The position numbers and the translations under genes were made by a program. A stretch of DNA of 64,000 nt, from the NCBI RefSeq assembly GCF_016432865.1, contig NC_067399.1, forward strand, positions 70,184,001 through 70,248,000, written 5' to 3'. Under the pieces are notes generated by a model. It was not told where the DNA came from, did not search any database, and was given only the letters and a program-made list of their open reading frames with translations. The first letter of the stretch is position 1; every line of letters begins with the position of its first letter. This document shows positions 24,460-37,470 of this stretch, piece by piece. This DNA comes from Antechinus flavipes. Lineage: Eukaryota.

Positions 24460-26290
24460 AACAAGATGAAGGCCTAACAAGAAGGTAGCCTAGCCCATAC
24501 CAGACCTAAAACTATATTATAAAGTAGTAGTTATCAAAAGCATTTGTACTAGCTAAGAAATAGAGAAGTGGATTAGTGAAATAAGTAGGTATACAAGATA
24601 TGATAATAAATGACTATAATAATCTAGTATTTGATAAACTCAAAGACTTCTGTTTCTGGGATAAGAAATCACTAATTGACAAAAATTCCTTGGAAAATTG
24701 GGAAATAACATGGCAAAAACTAGACACTGACCAGCATCTAAGACCTTATACCAGTAGTTCTCAAACTTTTGTTTTCAGTATCTTTATCCTATTAAAAATT
24801 ATTAAGGATCTTTCCAAAGAGTTTTTGTTTATCGGGATTATATTTATAGACATTTACCATATTGGAAATAAAAATTATTTTTGAATTTATAGACCCTCTA
24901 AAAGGGTTTCAGAGATCCCCAGGATTCTCAAGAACATACTTTGAGAATCACTGCCTTATACCAAGATTAGGTTGAAATAGGTTGATTTAGACAGTTAGAC
25001 ATAAAAGGTGATCTTATAAACAAATCAGGAGAGCAAGAGAAGTTTACTTGTCAGACCTGTGGAGCAGGGAGGAATTTGTGGCCATAGAAGAACTAGAAAA
25101 GATTATGAAATGCAAAATGGATAATTTTGATTATGTTAAATTCAAAAGGTTTTTTTTACAAACAAAATCAAGGCAGCCAAGACTAGAAGGAAAGTAGAAA
25201 GTTGATGTTTCTGATTCCTTTCTTCATTTCTAAAATATATAGAAAAAATGAGTCAAATAAATAAGAATAAAAGTCATTACCCAGTTGATAAATGGTCAAA
25301 AGATATAAACAGATAATTTTCAGATGAAGGAATTAAATTTCTAGTCATATTAAAAATGTTCTAAATCACTATTAATTAGAAAAATGAAAATTAAGACAAC
25401 TCTGATATATCACTTCATACTTCTCAGACTAGCTAAGATAAGAGAAAAGATAATGATAAACATTGGAGGGGATGTGGGAAAACTGGGGCATTAATGCATA
25501 ATTAGTGGAGTTTTGAATTGATCTACTTATTCTGGAGCCCAATTTGTAACTATGCTCAAAGGGTTATAAAACTGTGCATACCCTTGCATCCAGCAGTGTC
25601 TCTATTCTGTTCGTATCCCAAAGAGATTATAAAAGAGAGAAAAAGAATCATATGTGCAAAAGTATTTGTAACAACCTTTTTTTTTTTTTTGTAAGGAACT
25701 GGAAATTGAGTGGATGCACATTGATTGGGGAATAGTTGAATCAGTTATGAATGTAATGGAAAATAATTGTTCTATAAGAAATTAAGAAAATAAGCAGATT
25801 GATTTCAGAAAAACCTGGAAAGACTTATATGAACTGATGCTAAGTGAAGAAGGAACCAAGAGAACATTGTACACAGCTGCAAGATTATGTGATGAGCAGC
25901 TGTGATGGATTTAGTTCTTCTCAACAATGTAATCGAAGGCAATTCTAATAGACTTGGGATGGAAAATGCCATTCACATCCTGAGAGAGAACTATGGGAGC
26001 CTAAATATGAAATGAAAGATAATATTTTCCTCTTCTTTGTTTCTTTCATTCTCATATTTTTTTCCTTTTTGGTCTGATTTTTCTTGTACCCATGACAAAT
26101 ATGGAAATATGTTTAAAAGAATTGTACATATTTAATCTATATCAGATTACTTGATGAAGAGGGAAAGCAAGGAAGAGAAAGAGAAACAATTGGAACATAA
26201 AAGACTTACAAAACTGAATGTTGAAAACTATCTTTGCATGTATTTGGAAAAATAAAATACTATTGAAAATTAAAAACAAACAAATAAAAG
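24460..26290 (+). mobile_element. 5'-truncated L1 (ORF2 C-terminal third and 3' UTR)
   Basis: ccagacctaaaactatattataaag, FDKLKD..FWDKKSLIDKNSLENW (ORF 24600-24884), cysteine-rich region at about 25460, A-rich end. Confidence 0.9.
24752..24953. mobile_element. hAT-Charlie (Charlie1-like) MITE inserted in L1
   Basis: TIRs CAGTAGTTCTCAAA and TTTGAGAATCACTG; perfect 8-bp TSD ccttatac at 24744-24751 and 24954-24961. Confidence 0.9.
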
Positions 26291-29200
26291 AGCAATAATA
26301 ACAAAACAAGATGAAGATGTTTTCTTTGATCCTCATAGCCTCTCAAAATTCTTCAGAGCAGAAATTATGTACTAAAGATAAAACAAGTTCACTGGTCTTC
26401 ATAGCCCATGCAAAAGAAGGTAAAAATCCCAAGAACTAAGGCCTAACTAGAGCTCACTCAGCACTTCTTCCCTTTCAGCCCTACTTGCAGCAGAATTACC
26501 CTAGCCATCCAATTCATAGATTTGCAACAATAATCCCATACCCTGAGCCATGCTCATTTCCTCTTTCTAGTAAGTACCAAGGAGGTCCAGTTCAGGAAAT
26601 CAGCTTAGGTTTCAATAGCATCATCATGGCCATAGTATGGCCATACTATATTGCAAGGCTAGTGAACTGAGGGTTAGAGGGATATGGATGAGTCTGGGTG
26701 GGGAAGAGGAAGAGTGAAGGGGTCTGTTTATCATTCCATTAAACCTGAAGAAAAGATTTCAACTTCCAGTTGGGAACAGTTCTTTTCTACAAAAAGTCAC
26801 TTAGGGCAGAGTCTTAGGCTGTTGAACCATGAATTGTTTATCATGTGAGGAGGCAAAAATACAATAAGATGTAATTTTTATGGAAGTAACCAACAGAGAG
26901 AAAAATCATGAAAATGGGCAAGGAGAGAATAAGGAAGAAAAAAATAATAAAATGATCAAAAATCTCAAGAAGAAAAATAAACCAACACACACACAAACAA
27001 ACCTTAAAGACAATGAGTATAAGCAGATAAACCAATAGGGAAGACATTAACAAAAGAAGGAAACAAGACCTCCCAATCTAGTAAATAGATTCAGGTACCT
27101 GTGAATAAATATTATACAAAATATAATGCTAAAAACTTTAAATGTAAGAACTTACTTTTTTTTTTTTCTGGGTCTTTAGTAATTGTGGCTGCAACATCCA
27201 TAAAGGCAATGACTGATGTTTTATTCAAGTAGTTCCCCTAAAGTTTAGAAACAGAATTTGAAATATGAATGGGGGCTGTTTTTCCCAGGACTCTTAGATC
27301 TAGGGTCCAGGGATGTCTCCCCTTGCTTCTAGGGGGAGATAAGGGTTGAGGCAGTTTGTATGATTTGCCTCCTGGATCTCCCTTATTATGCATTGCTGCT
27401 TTGGTTTAGGTTGGCTTGTCTACTGATCAGAAACAATGGACAAAATTGCCCAATATCTTTTTGTATAAAAGAAGAACCTTTATTTATCCTTTTTTTTTTA
27501 ATCCTTGATGCTAAATTATTGCTTCAGTCAGGCATATAAAGAAAGGAACAGAAGATGGTTGGAGGGTCCCAATGAATTAGTGGAAATAATAGTTAGAGAG
27601 AACTTTCCTAGAGAGAGCAAATACCATTAAAAGGGAGAAAACAATGCCATGTCAGATAACTCAAACCAAGAGACTATTAGGAAATGGAGGGAAAAAAAAT
27701 ATAGAATCATTAGAATAAAATTCAGGAACTATCTAATCTAACTCCTATTTTACAAATGAGAACAGAGAAGTTAAGCAATTTAATACAATTTTATGTAGAT
27801 ATCAACAAATAATCAACTGAATCATATAAAAACAGAGCTATCAATTTCTATTCTCAGGACAAGTAAGAGTAATGGGAAATTGGAAGCTTAGAATTACTTA
27901 GGGCTATAGTCATAAGGGAATAAAGCATTTCAGGACACTATAAGATGCATATACTGCCAAAAGAAGGAGAAGCACCCTAAGAATGTGGCTTTGGGGACCA
28001 CAGCAATGGGGCCTAGAAAGGGAGAAAATGTCTCCAGAATGGTGCTATTAGCCACCTGTACATTTTCTGCCTTAGCAAAATCTCTATTGCCCTATCATAG
28101 TTATGGCACCAATTTCACATTTTTTTCTGATTGAGGCAGGTGTACACACACACACTCATATACACATATAATTCACTATATTTTCAACTATAAACATTTT
28201 TTCTCTCCTTTCCACCTGCCCTACCTCCCTGTAAAAGAACAATAACAGAATAATTCATCAATTAAAAAACAACAACAAAAATCCTTCAGAACAGTTAGGT
28301 AATAAAGCATAGTCCCTCCTCTATTTCAAAAAAAAAAAAACGTAATTTTTTCCCTTACCACATGACCTGTCTACCTTCTTTTCCTGTCATACATTTCCTT
28401 GAAGACATCCTGTTCTTCTTTAAGATTTCTCATTAGTTATATAATATGGCTAATCATACCTTTCATTTATCTCTCACCATTTTGTTCTATATGATACTAA
28501 ATTCTTAATTCTTCTAAGATTTCCATGTCTCATTGCCATACAGCAACACTCCAACTAGAACTTCCTCACTCAGGATTTGGTTTTCCCAGAGCAGAGGAAA
28601 AAGAGGGTCTTTTATTCCTCCTTCTGAATCTTAATCCATTAATTCATCCTAAAATGTGATTAGCTTCATGAAGAAATGATAGATTTCTAGACAAATCAAA
28701 GAACAAACAGCTTCATTTGGCTTATTGAACTTCAATTTCCTTTCATCTTTTAACTAGATATAATAGTGTCATGGAAAAACTGTGATAGAATGTCACACCT
28801 GGATCTCCAAGGTCATGTCCTTCTCAAATCAATCATTGTGCCCTTATAGAAATTCAGATCTGGAAGGGGCTCCAGAAGTAATCAGTTCAATAGAAACCTG
28901 AGTTTAAATCCACTCCATGCCAATTTGCCCTTAAATTCTCCTTCAATCTGAGAAACCAGGAGGTCAGCTGACTGAACAAAAGCATCCTGAAGGCTATGCT
29001 TTATAATTGTGTTTTGTAATAATTAACAATTGCCTCTCCTGTTCCCAAAGAAACAGTTTTCCTTTCAGTTGGACCCTTGGTTAGATGGGTGGGAAGATTT
29101 ATTATCTAGAGATAGATAGATAGCTAGAGAGATAGAGAGCTAGATGGTGCTCTATAAAAATCAGAAGTTCTTAAATGTGATTTGAGTTTTTTTTCCCTCA

Positions 29201-30449
29201 TAAACTGAGATCATAATGTGTTTATTTCCTAGTCTGTAATATAAGTAGCATAATTCCACTAAGGTGAAAATGTACATCTCCTTTCAGAATTGCTTTGAAC
29301 TGAGTAAGTCACAGCAAAAATAAGTCGCAGCAAAAAAGGTACATTTCCATTCTTGTTATGTTTCAAGCTTATTTACCATAGACTCTTTAAAAAATCCTCA
29401 AATTGGTTTTGGAATTCCATGTTATGAGAGCTTAGGGGCAGGTATTTAACTATCTCTTTTGAATCTGATCGTTTGGAGATCCAATGTAAGGCAAACAAAA
29501 AATTTTCTGAGAGGAAAATGTTCTTATTAACTACTGATGTGGAAAGATACTATAATGGCAGGTCATAGAACTAGGTTCTTTTGTTACCTCTATTTCTGAC
29601 CATTTGTGTGACTGAACTTTGGGTGAAAAAGATGAAATTATAATATTTCTAAAGTTTTCTTCTGTATATAAGATTCTATGATTCTACCCCTGCCTGTACA
29701 TGTCCATTTCTATATTTTGTCTAAGGCCTACCCACCACCTACCTGAAATTTTCACTACTGTAGCCTTATATGTTTAGTTCCTGGGAGGGTATAAATTGTA
29801 TTCCCCATGATCAACAAATGAGTGTCCATCATATGTTCAATGCTAGATTCTGGGAGGGATAAAGAGAAGAAAAAAAGCCCAGTAAAAGGGAAAAGGTACT
29901 AGCCTGGAAATCATAGAGAACTCATGGTAGAAAGTATTTTAGTTATCATCTTGTATGACCTCTTTATTTTATTGGCAGAAAACTGAAAGTCAAAGAAGGT
30001 AAATTCATCTGACTTATTATGAAAGACAGAACCAGAATTAGGAATCAAGAATATGCAGCCAAGTTAATGCTCTTAACATGACACCAAAATAAAACTATAG
30101 ATTTTACTCTTTACCCAATGAACTGTGTGGCCTTGGGGTAGCCACTTCTCTCTGAGTCTCTGTAAGGTATAAAATAAGGGATTTGGACAATATGATCACA
30201 AAAGTTGTTTTTAAAAACATTGTGTGCTGTGAGGGTAAGGAACCTTCTCCAGGGTTAAGATATTTTGACTTGCAGCCCAAATCTTTGACTGTGAATATTT
30301 AACCTCTTCTTTCCTCCTCATTAAATAAATATCCTATTTCCTCTAAATACCTCAAAGCATGATTGAGGGAAAGCATTTTTATGATTCTTAATGTAATTTA
30401 GGGATGTGAGGGATTATTCTCATATTCAATATTTTTTGATAGTTCATTT

Positions 30450-31065
30450 TTTTCTTTTTTATAATAGCTTTTTAATTTTCAAAATACATGCAAAGATAAT
30501 TTTCATCTTCACCCTTGTAAAACCTTGTGTTCCACACTTTTCTCCCATCGTTCTTCCCTCCCCCTTCCTCTAGACAGCGAGTAATCCAAAATAGGTTAAA
30601 TATGTGCAACTCTTCTAAGCATATTTCCACATTTATCATGATCCACAAGAAAAATCAGATCAAAAAGGAAAAAAAAATGAGAGAAGAAACACAAATAAGC
30701 AAATTACAACAAAAAGATGAAAATATTATACCTTGAGGCATATTCTGCCCCTATAATCCTCTTTCTGAATGCAAATGATTATCTCCATCACAAGTCTGTT
30801 AGAATCACCCTGAATCTCTTCATTGTTGAAAAGATCCATGTTCATCAGAATTAATCATTGTATAATCTTGTTGCTGCTACGTATAATGTTCTCTTGGTTC
30901 TACTCCACTTAAGTCTCTCTAGGCCTTTCTGAAATCATCCTGCTGCGCATTTCTTATAGAACAAGAATATCCCATTACATTCATATACCATAACTTATTC
31001 AGCTATCCTCCAACTGATGAGCATTTGCTCAGTTTCTGGTTCCTTGTCACTATAAAAAGGGCTGC
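30450..31065 (-). mobile_element. L1 3' UTR and ORF2 tail
   Basis: T-rich start, aaaatacatgcaaagataattttc...cccttgtaaaaccttgtgttcc...ttattcagctatcctccaactgatgagc. Confidence 0.85.
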
Positions 31066-31249
31066 TATTTTGTTTTGGTTTTGGTTCAACAAGTATGATC
31101 CCCATATTCAATGTGGAACCTACATTTAAAATTAAATATTTGATCCTATAATTATCAAATGATAAAATGTAGCAATTGAAAAGATTTTAGATAGTCTTTA
31201 ACCCGACACTTATTTTACAAATGAAAAATCAGTTACATTTTTGGATCTA

Positions 31250-31470
31250 TGTCTGAAATTAAATTCATTATATTGGCTCAACTATGGACAAAATACTGAG
31301 GGTTGAATCAGGAAGACCTAAGTTCAAATCCAGACTCAGACACTTATTAGCTGTGTGATATTTGGCAAGTTCTTTAGTCTTTATTTGTTTCAGTTTTCTT
31401 ATCTCTAAAATAGGGATAATAACAATATCTAGCTTCTGATTGTTGTAAAGATCAAATGAAATAATTATTG
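31250..31470 (+). mobile_element. MIR/Mar CORE-SINE
   Basis: caggaagacctaagttcaaatccagactcagacacttattagctgtgtg. Confidence 0.8.
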
Positions 31471-31524
31471 CAAAGACTAATTGGAACTGGCTAGTTGGAT
31501 TACTAGGAGGGCATCTACTAATAC

Positions 31525-32030
31525 AGACTGTTGTTCATCCTTTATTCTCAAGGAGGACCAATGACATCAGCAGGGTGATGAATTGCCTTGAAAGTGAATT
31601 GTATTTATGAGAAGATCCAAATCAGTTCCAATTGATCTGTAATGAACAGAACCAGCTATATCCAGTGAAAGAATACTGGGCAATGAGTGTGGACCACTCA
31701 TAGCATTTCCACTCTTTCTATTATTGTTTGCTTGCATTTTTGTTTTTCTTCTCAGGTTATTTTTACATTCTTTCTAAATCCACTTTTTCTTGTACAGCAA
31801 GATAACTGTATAAATATTTATACATATATTGTATTTAACACATATTTGAACATATTTAACATGTATGGTACTACCTGCCATCTAGGGGAAGGAGTAGAGG
31901 GAAGGAAGGGAAAAGTTGGAACAGAAGTTTTTGCAAGGGTCAGTGTTGAAAAATTACACATACATATGGTTTGTCAATAAAAACAAAGGAAATGAATTGA
32001 ATTTAAGTGAAGAAGAGCTACACAGTTCTC
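31525..32030 (-). mobile_element. RTE-related SINE (WALLSI-like) split by an L1 tail
   Basis: gttgttcatcctttattctcaaggaggaccaatgacatc...gtgaattg, resuming tgaattgaatttaagtgaag after the L1. Confidence 0.6.
31608..31985 (+). mobile_element. Short 5'-truncated L1 3' end
   Basis: gatctgtaatgaacagaaccagcta...tcaataaaaa; near-TSD tgaattg(t/a)attta at 31595-31607 and 31993-32005. Confidence 0.9.
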
Positions 32031-32119
32031 TTTCCAATTCATTCTTCAGTTGCCAAACAAATATTCTAAAAACATATCTTTTACCATTTCACTCACTAAA
32101 ATATATTCAATAAGTCTCA

Positions 32120-32460
32120 TTTATTTCTAAAATAAAATACGCCCTTCATCTTACCTTTAAACTAATCCATAGTCTGGCTCCCACCTATATTTTTAATTTT
32201 ATTTATATTAGTATAACACATACACTTTTCTAGTCAAGTTAACCTGTTAAACATGTCCACATTTGATACTCCATTTACCTCCTCTGTGTCTCTACAAAGG
32301 TGTTCACCTCTGTCTGGAATGCTCTTTCTCCTCATTTCTATTTCTTGTAATCCTTAGCTCAACACAGTCATGTACAGGTTATTTCCTGATCACTCAAGTT
32401 GTTAGTGTTTTCTTTCTCTTGAAATTATTTTGCATGTAACCTGTGTGTGCCCATCAAGAA
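32120..32460 (+). mobile_element. L2 3' region
   Basis: ctggctcccacctatat...ctgtctggaatgctctttctcctcat. Confidence 0.65.
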
Positions 32461-33341
32461 ATTCTTGGGAATATTGCAATGTAAGGAGTTCAAATCAGTA
32501 AATATCTTGTCTTACCAAAACCATCAGTATGACAGCATTTCACTTGAATAAAATATCTACCCAGAAAGCATAATATCTAAGTTTTTTTTACAATAGATAA
32601 AATTCTCCATGAACCCTCCTCCCAGTATTCATTTCAGTGTCTCTCTGAGATCTACATGAAGTAGCGGCACAAAAGGATACAATATTCTCTCTGTCCATCA
32701 CATGGTGCTCAGCCTGCCAATGCTTTGATTATTCACCTTTTTCCTTAGCTCCCATGTACCTTCCAGCTACATTAGTTTGTTTAATCCTATATTGTCAGGA
32801 CTTGGAATTGGGCTAAGGGAATATAGTAGTAGAAAATACCTACCAGAATCCTTATTTATGAGGAATGAACTTTTTTTTTTTTAAACAAACTGCATCAAAA
32901 CTGTCCTTGAAGCTTAATTAGCTCAGGAGACTGAAAAGTCTGGCCACTATTGGAACTATTTGGTTGGATGAGCACAAAAAGGCAAGAGGAGCCCAACCTA
33001 GGACCTGAAACATAACCTATGAGTTACAATGGGCCACACACAATATAGGAAAGTTGCAAGCAACTGAATCAATATTCTATTCATGGATGAATATCCTTTT
33101 TCTTCCCTGAATGTCCTTTTCTTGATATAGTGAAGTAAATCTTTTATTAACCATTAGATGGACTATGAATGCTTTTATTTTGTTTTAGTCTCAAACATGA
33201 GATGCCAGCTTAGCCTGGTCAGTTCTAGTCTATTAAAGAGAGTCACTAAATGGGATGTCACTAAAATATTGTGCCACTTTGATCAGGCATGCCATTAGTG
33301 CCAGTTTGGGGAAATAGCCAGGCATGGTAGGAGCAGGCCGA

Positions 33342-33891
33342 ATACAGAATCACCAAAGGGAACATCTTGTAAACTATTGTTGATAAAGAACTTGGGTTCT
33401 TTATGGGCAAGCTAATATCATCAAGCTCTTGATGTACCAAAATTTCTGATTGTGCTATATGACCACTAACAGAGTAGATTTAACCCCAAAAGTGTTCTAC
33501 CAGGACCTGAAATCATGTTATGCCTCAAGCTCCTGGATTTCATGGATCAAAAAGCCAACAAAGCATATATAGACTTTGATGTTACCAGGCCAGACACATT
33601 CAACAAAATGACTGAATGGAAAAAATTAGTTGAACTCTGAGGTTCTGTGAGCCAAAAAAAAGTGGCCATAACAAGGCTAAATCCCTAAAAATGGACTCGA
33701 GGAAAATGTTTTGGTGGGATGATTTGAAATAACAATGAAGGAAAATATAGACATTCATGAAACTTTCAGTTAGCTTTTGAAATACATACTGGCAAAATAA
33801 GAATAATCCACTTTATATCAAATTTGATATTGTGAAGCTATATTTTCCTTTATTCAGAAGCATCACCTCATCCAATTGTTCCAAATGGTAG
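33342..33891 (+). pseudogene. RAB38: Processed pseudogene (retrocopy) of RAB38, decayed
   Basis: Frameshifted translation IQNHQREHL/KLLLIKNLG/GK..IIK..YQNF*..Y..T..VD...KV...D.E...L.L.D...Q/AYIDFDVTRPDTF....WK/LKMD..VG*FEITMKENIDI...L.KYILA/DIVKL..(13 aa)..CSKW* is collinear with RAB38 (MQAPHKEHLYKLLVIGDLG...FDVTRP...FETSAKENINI...DVVKP...CAKS*); no introns; many stops and indels. Gene symbol refers to the parent gene. Confidence 0.9.
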
Positions 33892-34052
33892 GTTTTATAT
33901 ATATTTAGTGAAGGGTTATTTGTGAAAATCCAATGAAAATGATTCCATGATTCCATTAGCTTCTTCTGCATATCTATTATTTACATTGAATGCCAAGATA
34001 AGGAAGTAAAAGTGAGCTGCACAAAGAACCTACCCTAATTTCTTGAATGGAG

Positions 34053-34090
34053 AAAACAAAACAAAACAAAACAACAAAACCAACAAAAAC
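34053..34090 (+). repeat. (AAAAC)n tract, possible decayed poly(A) tail of the retrocopy
   Basis: A-rich microsatellite about 160 bp after the RAB38-like stop. Confidence 0.45.
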
Positions 34091-36597
34091 ATATTTTTGG
34101 AATAATGATTTTGTTACTACTTCTTTTACCCTAATGCAAAATTTCAGAGGAGGCTCAGAGCCTGAACCCACCAGCTCTTTACTTACACAAACAAGTCAAA
34201 ACTTATTCAAAAGAAATTCAGATTTTTGAGTGGGACAGTAACCTAATGATATAGACCTTCAATGTTTTCTCCATGTTTCAGGACTTTGGCTGTTTGAAAG
34301 GGCTTTGGAATGATGACCATGATATCCATCCTTCCCCAAAATAAGAATAGAGTCCTTTCTGATTTAGCTTTTGAGAAACACATACCAAATAACTTCTAGT
34401 TACTAGCATCAAAGGGTCAATTATCTGTCCTTCCTCCGTCTTTCTTTTCCCATGATCCTTAGTTTGCTTTAAATGTTGGAATCCAAATTATGAACAAATA
34501 TATCTCCTCTTTTACTGTCTTTCTAACAACTTCTTCTAAACAAAGTGATGGGACTTATATATGCTTATAACATATGTATATATATATACATACAATATAC
34601 ATATCAATAAACATGCAAATATATACACACATAAGTATAGCTACATATTTTCTTGTGTGAAAATTAATATTTTGGATGGTATGACTTCCCCAACAAGGGC
34701 AATCCATGAATCATGGTAGTTTTACATGACAATCAAGAAATACAAAGATTAAGGGCACTAGAAAGGAGAACAAAACAGCCAGTCCTGAAGAGCTTCAGCT
34801 TTTTTGATTCCCTCATTACAACCTCTGACTTCATAGATTTCACCAACAAGACTGCATAGCTTCTAGGTTTCTCAAATGTTCTGTTTCTCTTTGTGGGAAC
34901 TTTTGGATCCCTTAGGTCCTGAAGAGGTGAAATGCTGCTTTAGAAATATGTGCTAGGTATATATACTTTGTCTTTACTTAGCTGACGTATGTTGAATGAA
35001 TATTGGTTTCTTGAGGACAAAATAAATTTATTTTTTTGTCTTTGCTATCTTACCACTAAGCACAGTTCCTTGTTATACATAGTCCTTAGCCAAAATCTGT
35101 TGAATGAGTCAATGAATAATTTAATGAAGGATTATCTTTTTCTTTCCCACCAGATATACTAAAGGACCCTTTCCCTTTTCAGGTACCCCATAGAACAGCT
35201 CAGAAGGCAAGAGAAGATCTTGTCAACATTTCCAAAGAAATGCTTTGGCTATTCAATTCTCAATCTTTAGTTTTGTCTTTTCAACTCTCCCTTTTCCCTT
35301 ACTAGCTAATATGAGGCTCCTGTATACATTACTAAATTCCCTTCCATTCCATTACCTATGCTTATCACTATAAATCACCTAAAAGTGAATTTGTTCTGAG
35401 TGAATCTAGGAGTTTGGGCTAATAGATTAGTTTGACAAATTTGACCAGACTATTCTCAGTCACACACCCAAGATTTATGTCTCTGGGCTAGCAACCAAGT
35501 CTGTGTGTGGCTGCTTCTGTGAAAGTAGATGCAATTCCTAATTAGATAGTGTAGCTAAGTGGTGTGAAACTCAAATAGAAACATTTCCCTGGCAGGCATA
35601 TAACAGAAAACCACAAATTAAAATTGCCTATATTGTATTGTATTTTCTTTTTTTTTTTTTTTTGTTAAACATTTCTTGATTATGTTTTAATCCATTCAAT
35701 CTGTTCCGGAATTTTGCCAACCTCAAGTTTGACACCTCTGGTGTAGAGAATACTGACACCATACTGTGTTCCTGAAACAAGGATGGAGTTGGTGCCAGAG
35801 CTCCTTCAAAAAGAGGCAGATGTGGTTTCAGAGACTCTTTGGGAGAGACATGTGGAGAAAGGATCTGCTGACATTCTGCAAAGTTTTTATTATGCAAGTG
35901 TGGGATTTTATTTTATTTTTTAAATGAACTAGTGACTAATTTAAGCACCATGTAAATATAGAATTTACACAGGGAGTAGGTCATTTGAAATGATGATAGA
36001 CAGTGACTTTAGCAAAGAATAAGGCTTTCTTTGTGTGTATTTTGAATCATCAAGCACAGAAGAATAATACTGGAATGCACCTTAAAAATAAAGAACAAAA
36101 ATGTTTAAATTAGAAGAGAAATAGAAGGTTATCTGGTCCAACTTTATCCTTTTACAAAAGAGGAACCTGAGTTGTGGAGATGAAATATATAACATCTGGC
36201 TAAGAAGTGTTAGAAGTAAGATTAGACTCCAGACCATCTGAGTCTTAATCGGTTAAATGAGGTAGGTATTTGTTCACTGGTTTCAATCCAAGAAGTAAAT
36301 CAAATCAATCATATAAAATCACTTAAAAAATAAACTGAGATTAACTGAAATATTATTTTTTTACTGATAACTGAATTGGTTATGATTTGTTCTTTTTTTA
36401 GCTACAGTGCCAGTTTTTAAATCCTCCTATTTATTAGAACTCTATGTAAAAGTATTATTAATATGAGGATTAAATCTTGAGTTTTATTTCAAGCTATTTT
36501 AGATGTGATTGTCTGGTCCTATAGCAGCACTAATTAATCTAGATGAGGATGGGGCATTGCTAGAATGTCCCATTATTAAAAGCCATAGTCTTGGGTG

Positions 36598-36737
36598 NNN
36601 NNNNNNNNNNNNNNNNNNNNNNNNNNNNNNNNNNNNNNNNNNNNNNNNNNNNNNNNNNNNNNNNNNNNNNNNNNNNNNNNNNNNNNNNNNNNNNNNNNNN
36701 NNNNNNNNNNNNNNNNNNNNNNNNNNNNNNNNNNNNN
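36598..36737. other. Assembly gap (140 N)
   Basis: N run. Confidence 1.
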
Positions 36738-37239
36738 GTCCTCCCTCCATCATGTTTTCTTGACCTGATCTATGCTAAAATTCCTCTGGCATTTGACCTT
36801 GGCTCTAGTCTCTGTTTTTCCACTCCTACCAAGCCTTCAAATTTATTTACCTCATTGAAGTCTTTAGTATAACCTTTCTACAATGTTCAACTTACCCATT
36901 GGCATCATTCTTTGAACCATGTTCTTTTCTGCCTAAGCAGGTTCACTCCTTGTTAATTAGCCCTAATCACTGGCAAGTGTCAGAATTAATCCTATAGAGA
37001 GTAGATGCCTGACAATATCCTGGATGTATTCTATGTTTTTCAAAAAGGTGTGAACATGTGTGATTTTAATTTAATTCAATAACAACCAAAATTAATTATG
37101 CACCTAATTTGTACAAAGAACTGTGTTATTTTGGCCCCTGGATACAAAATCTTATGAAACTGATAGGAATCATGACAGAGTGAGTAATGATGACAGAGAG
37201 ACATTGAGGTAGATAAAGGGCATTTGGGGGAGGACAATT

Positions 37240-37437
37240 CCATTATATTTAACAAACATTCAAGCATCGACTGTACCTATGTTCTGGTATTAGGTAATAG
37301 GAATATAAAGGGAGGAAAATGAAAATTACTGTACCCTGAAGAAGCATATATTCTATTAGGGAATATAAGAGGGTAAAACATGTACAAAAGTAAATAAAGA
37401 TAAAATAGATCCAAAGTAACATAATATATATATATAA

Positions 37438-37470
<33 letters not shown>

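Noticed and set aside
29281-29309. Plus-strand micro-exon pattern ctttcag|16 nt|gtaagt (similar 8-nt case near 18290)
   Set aside because: The length is not a multiple of 3, no partner exons were found, and such motifs are expected by chance.
33342-33891. Functional Rab gene, or a RAB32/RAB29 assignment
   Set aside because: The start is mutated, there are multiple stops and frameshifts, and switch II is deleted. Diagnostic residues fit RAB38.
35628-35900. 89-aa minus ORF and plus-frame MELVPELLQKEADVVSETLWERHVEK; possible TGA read-through
   Set aside because: No family is recognised, splice sites are unconvincing and there is no SECIS evidence. It may still be conserved non-coding DNA.
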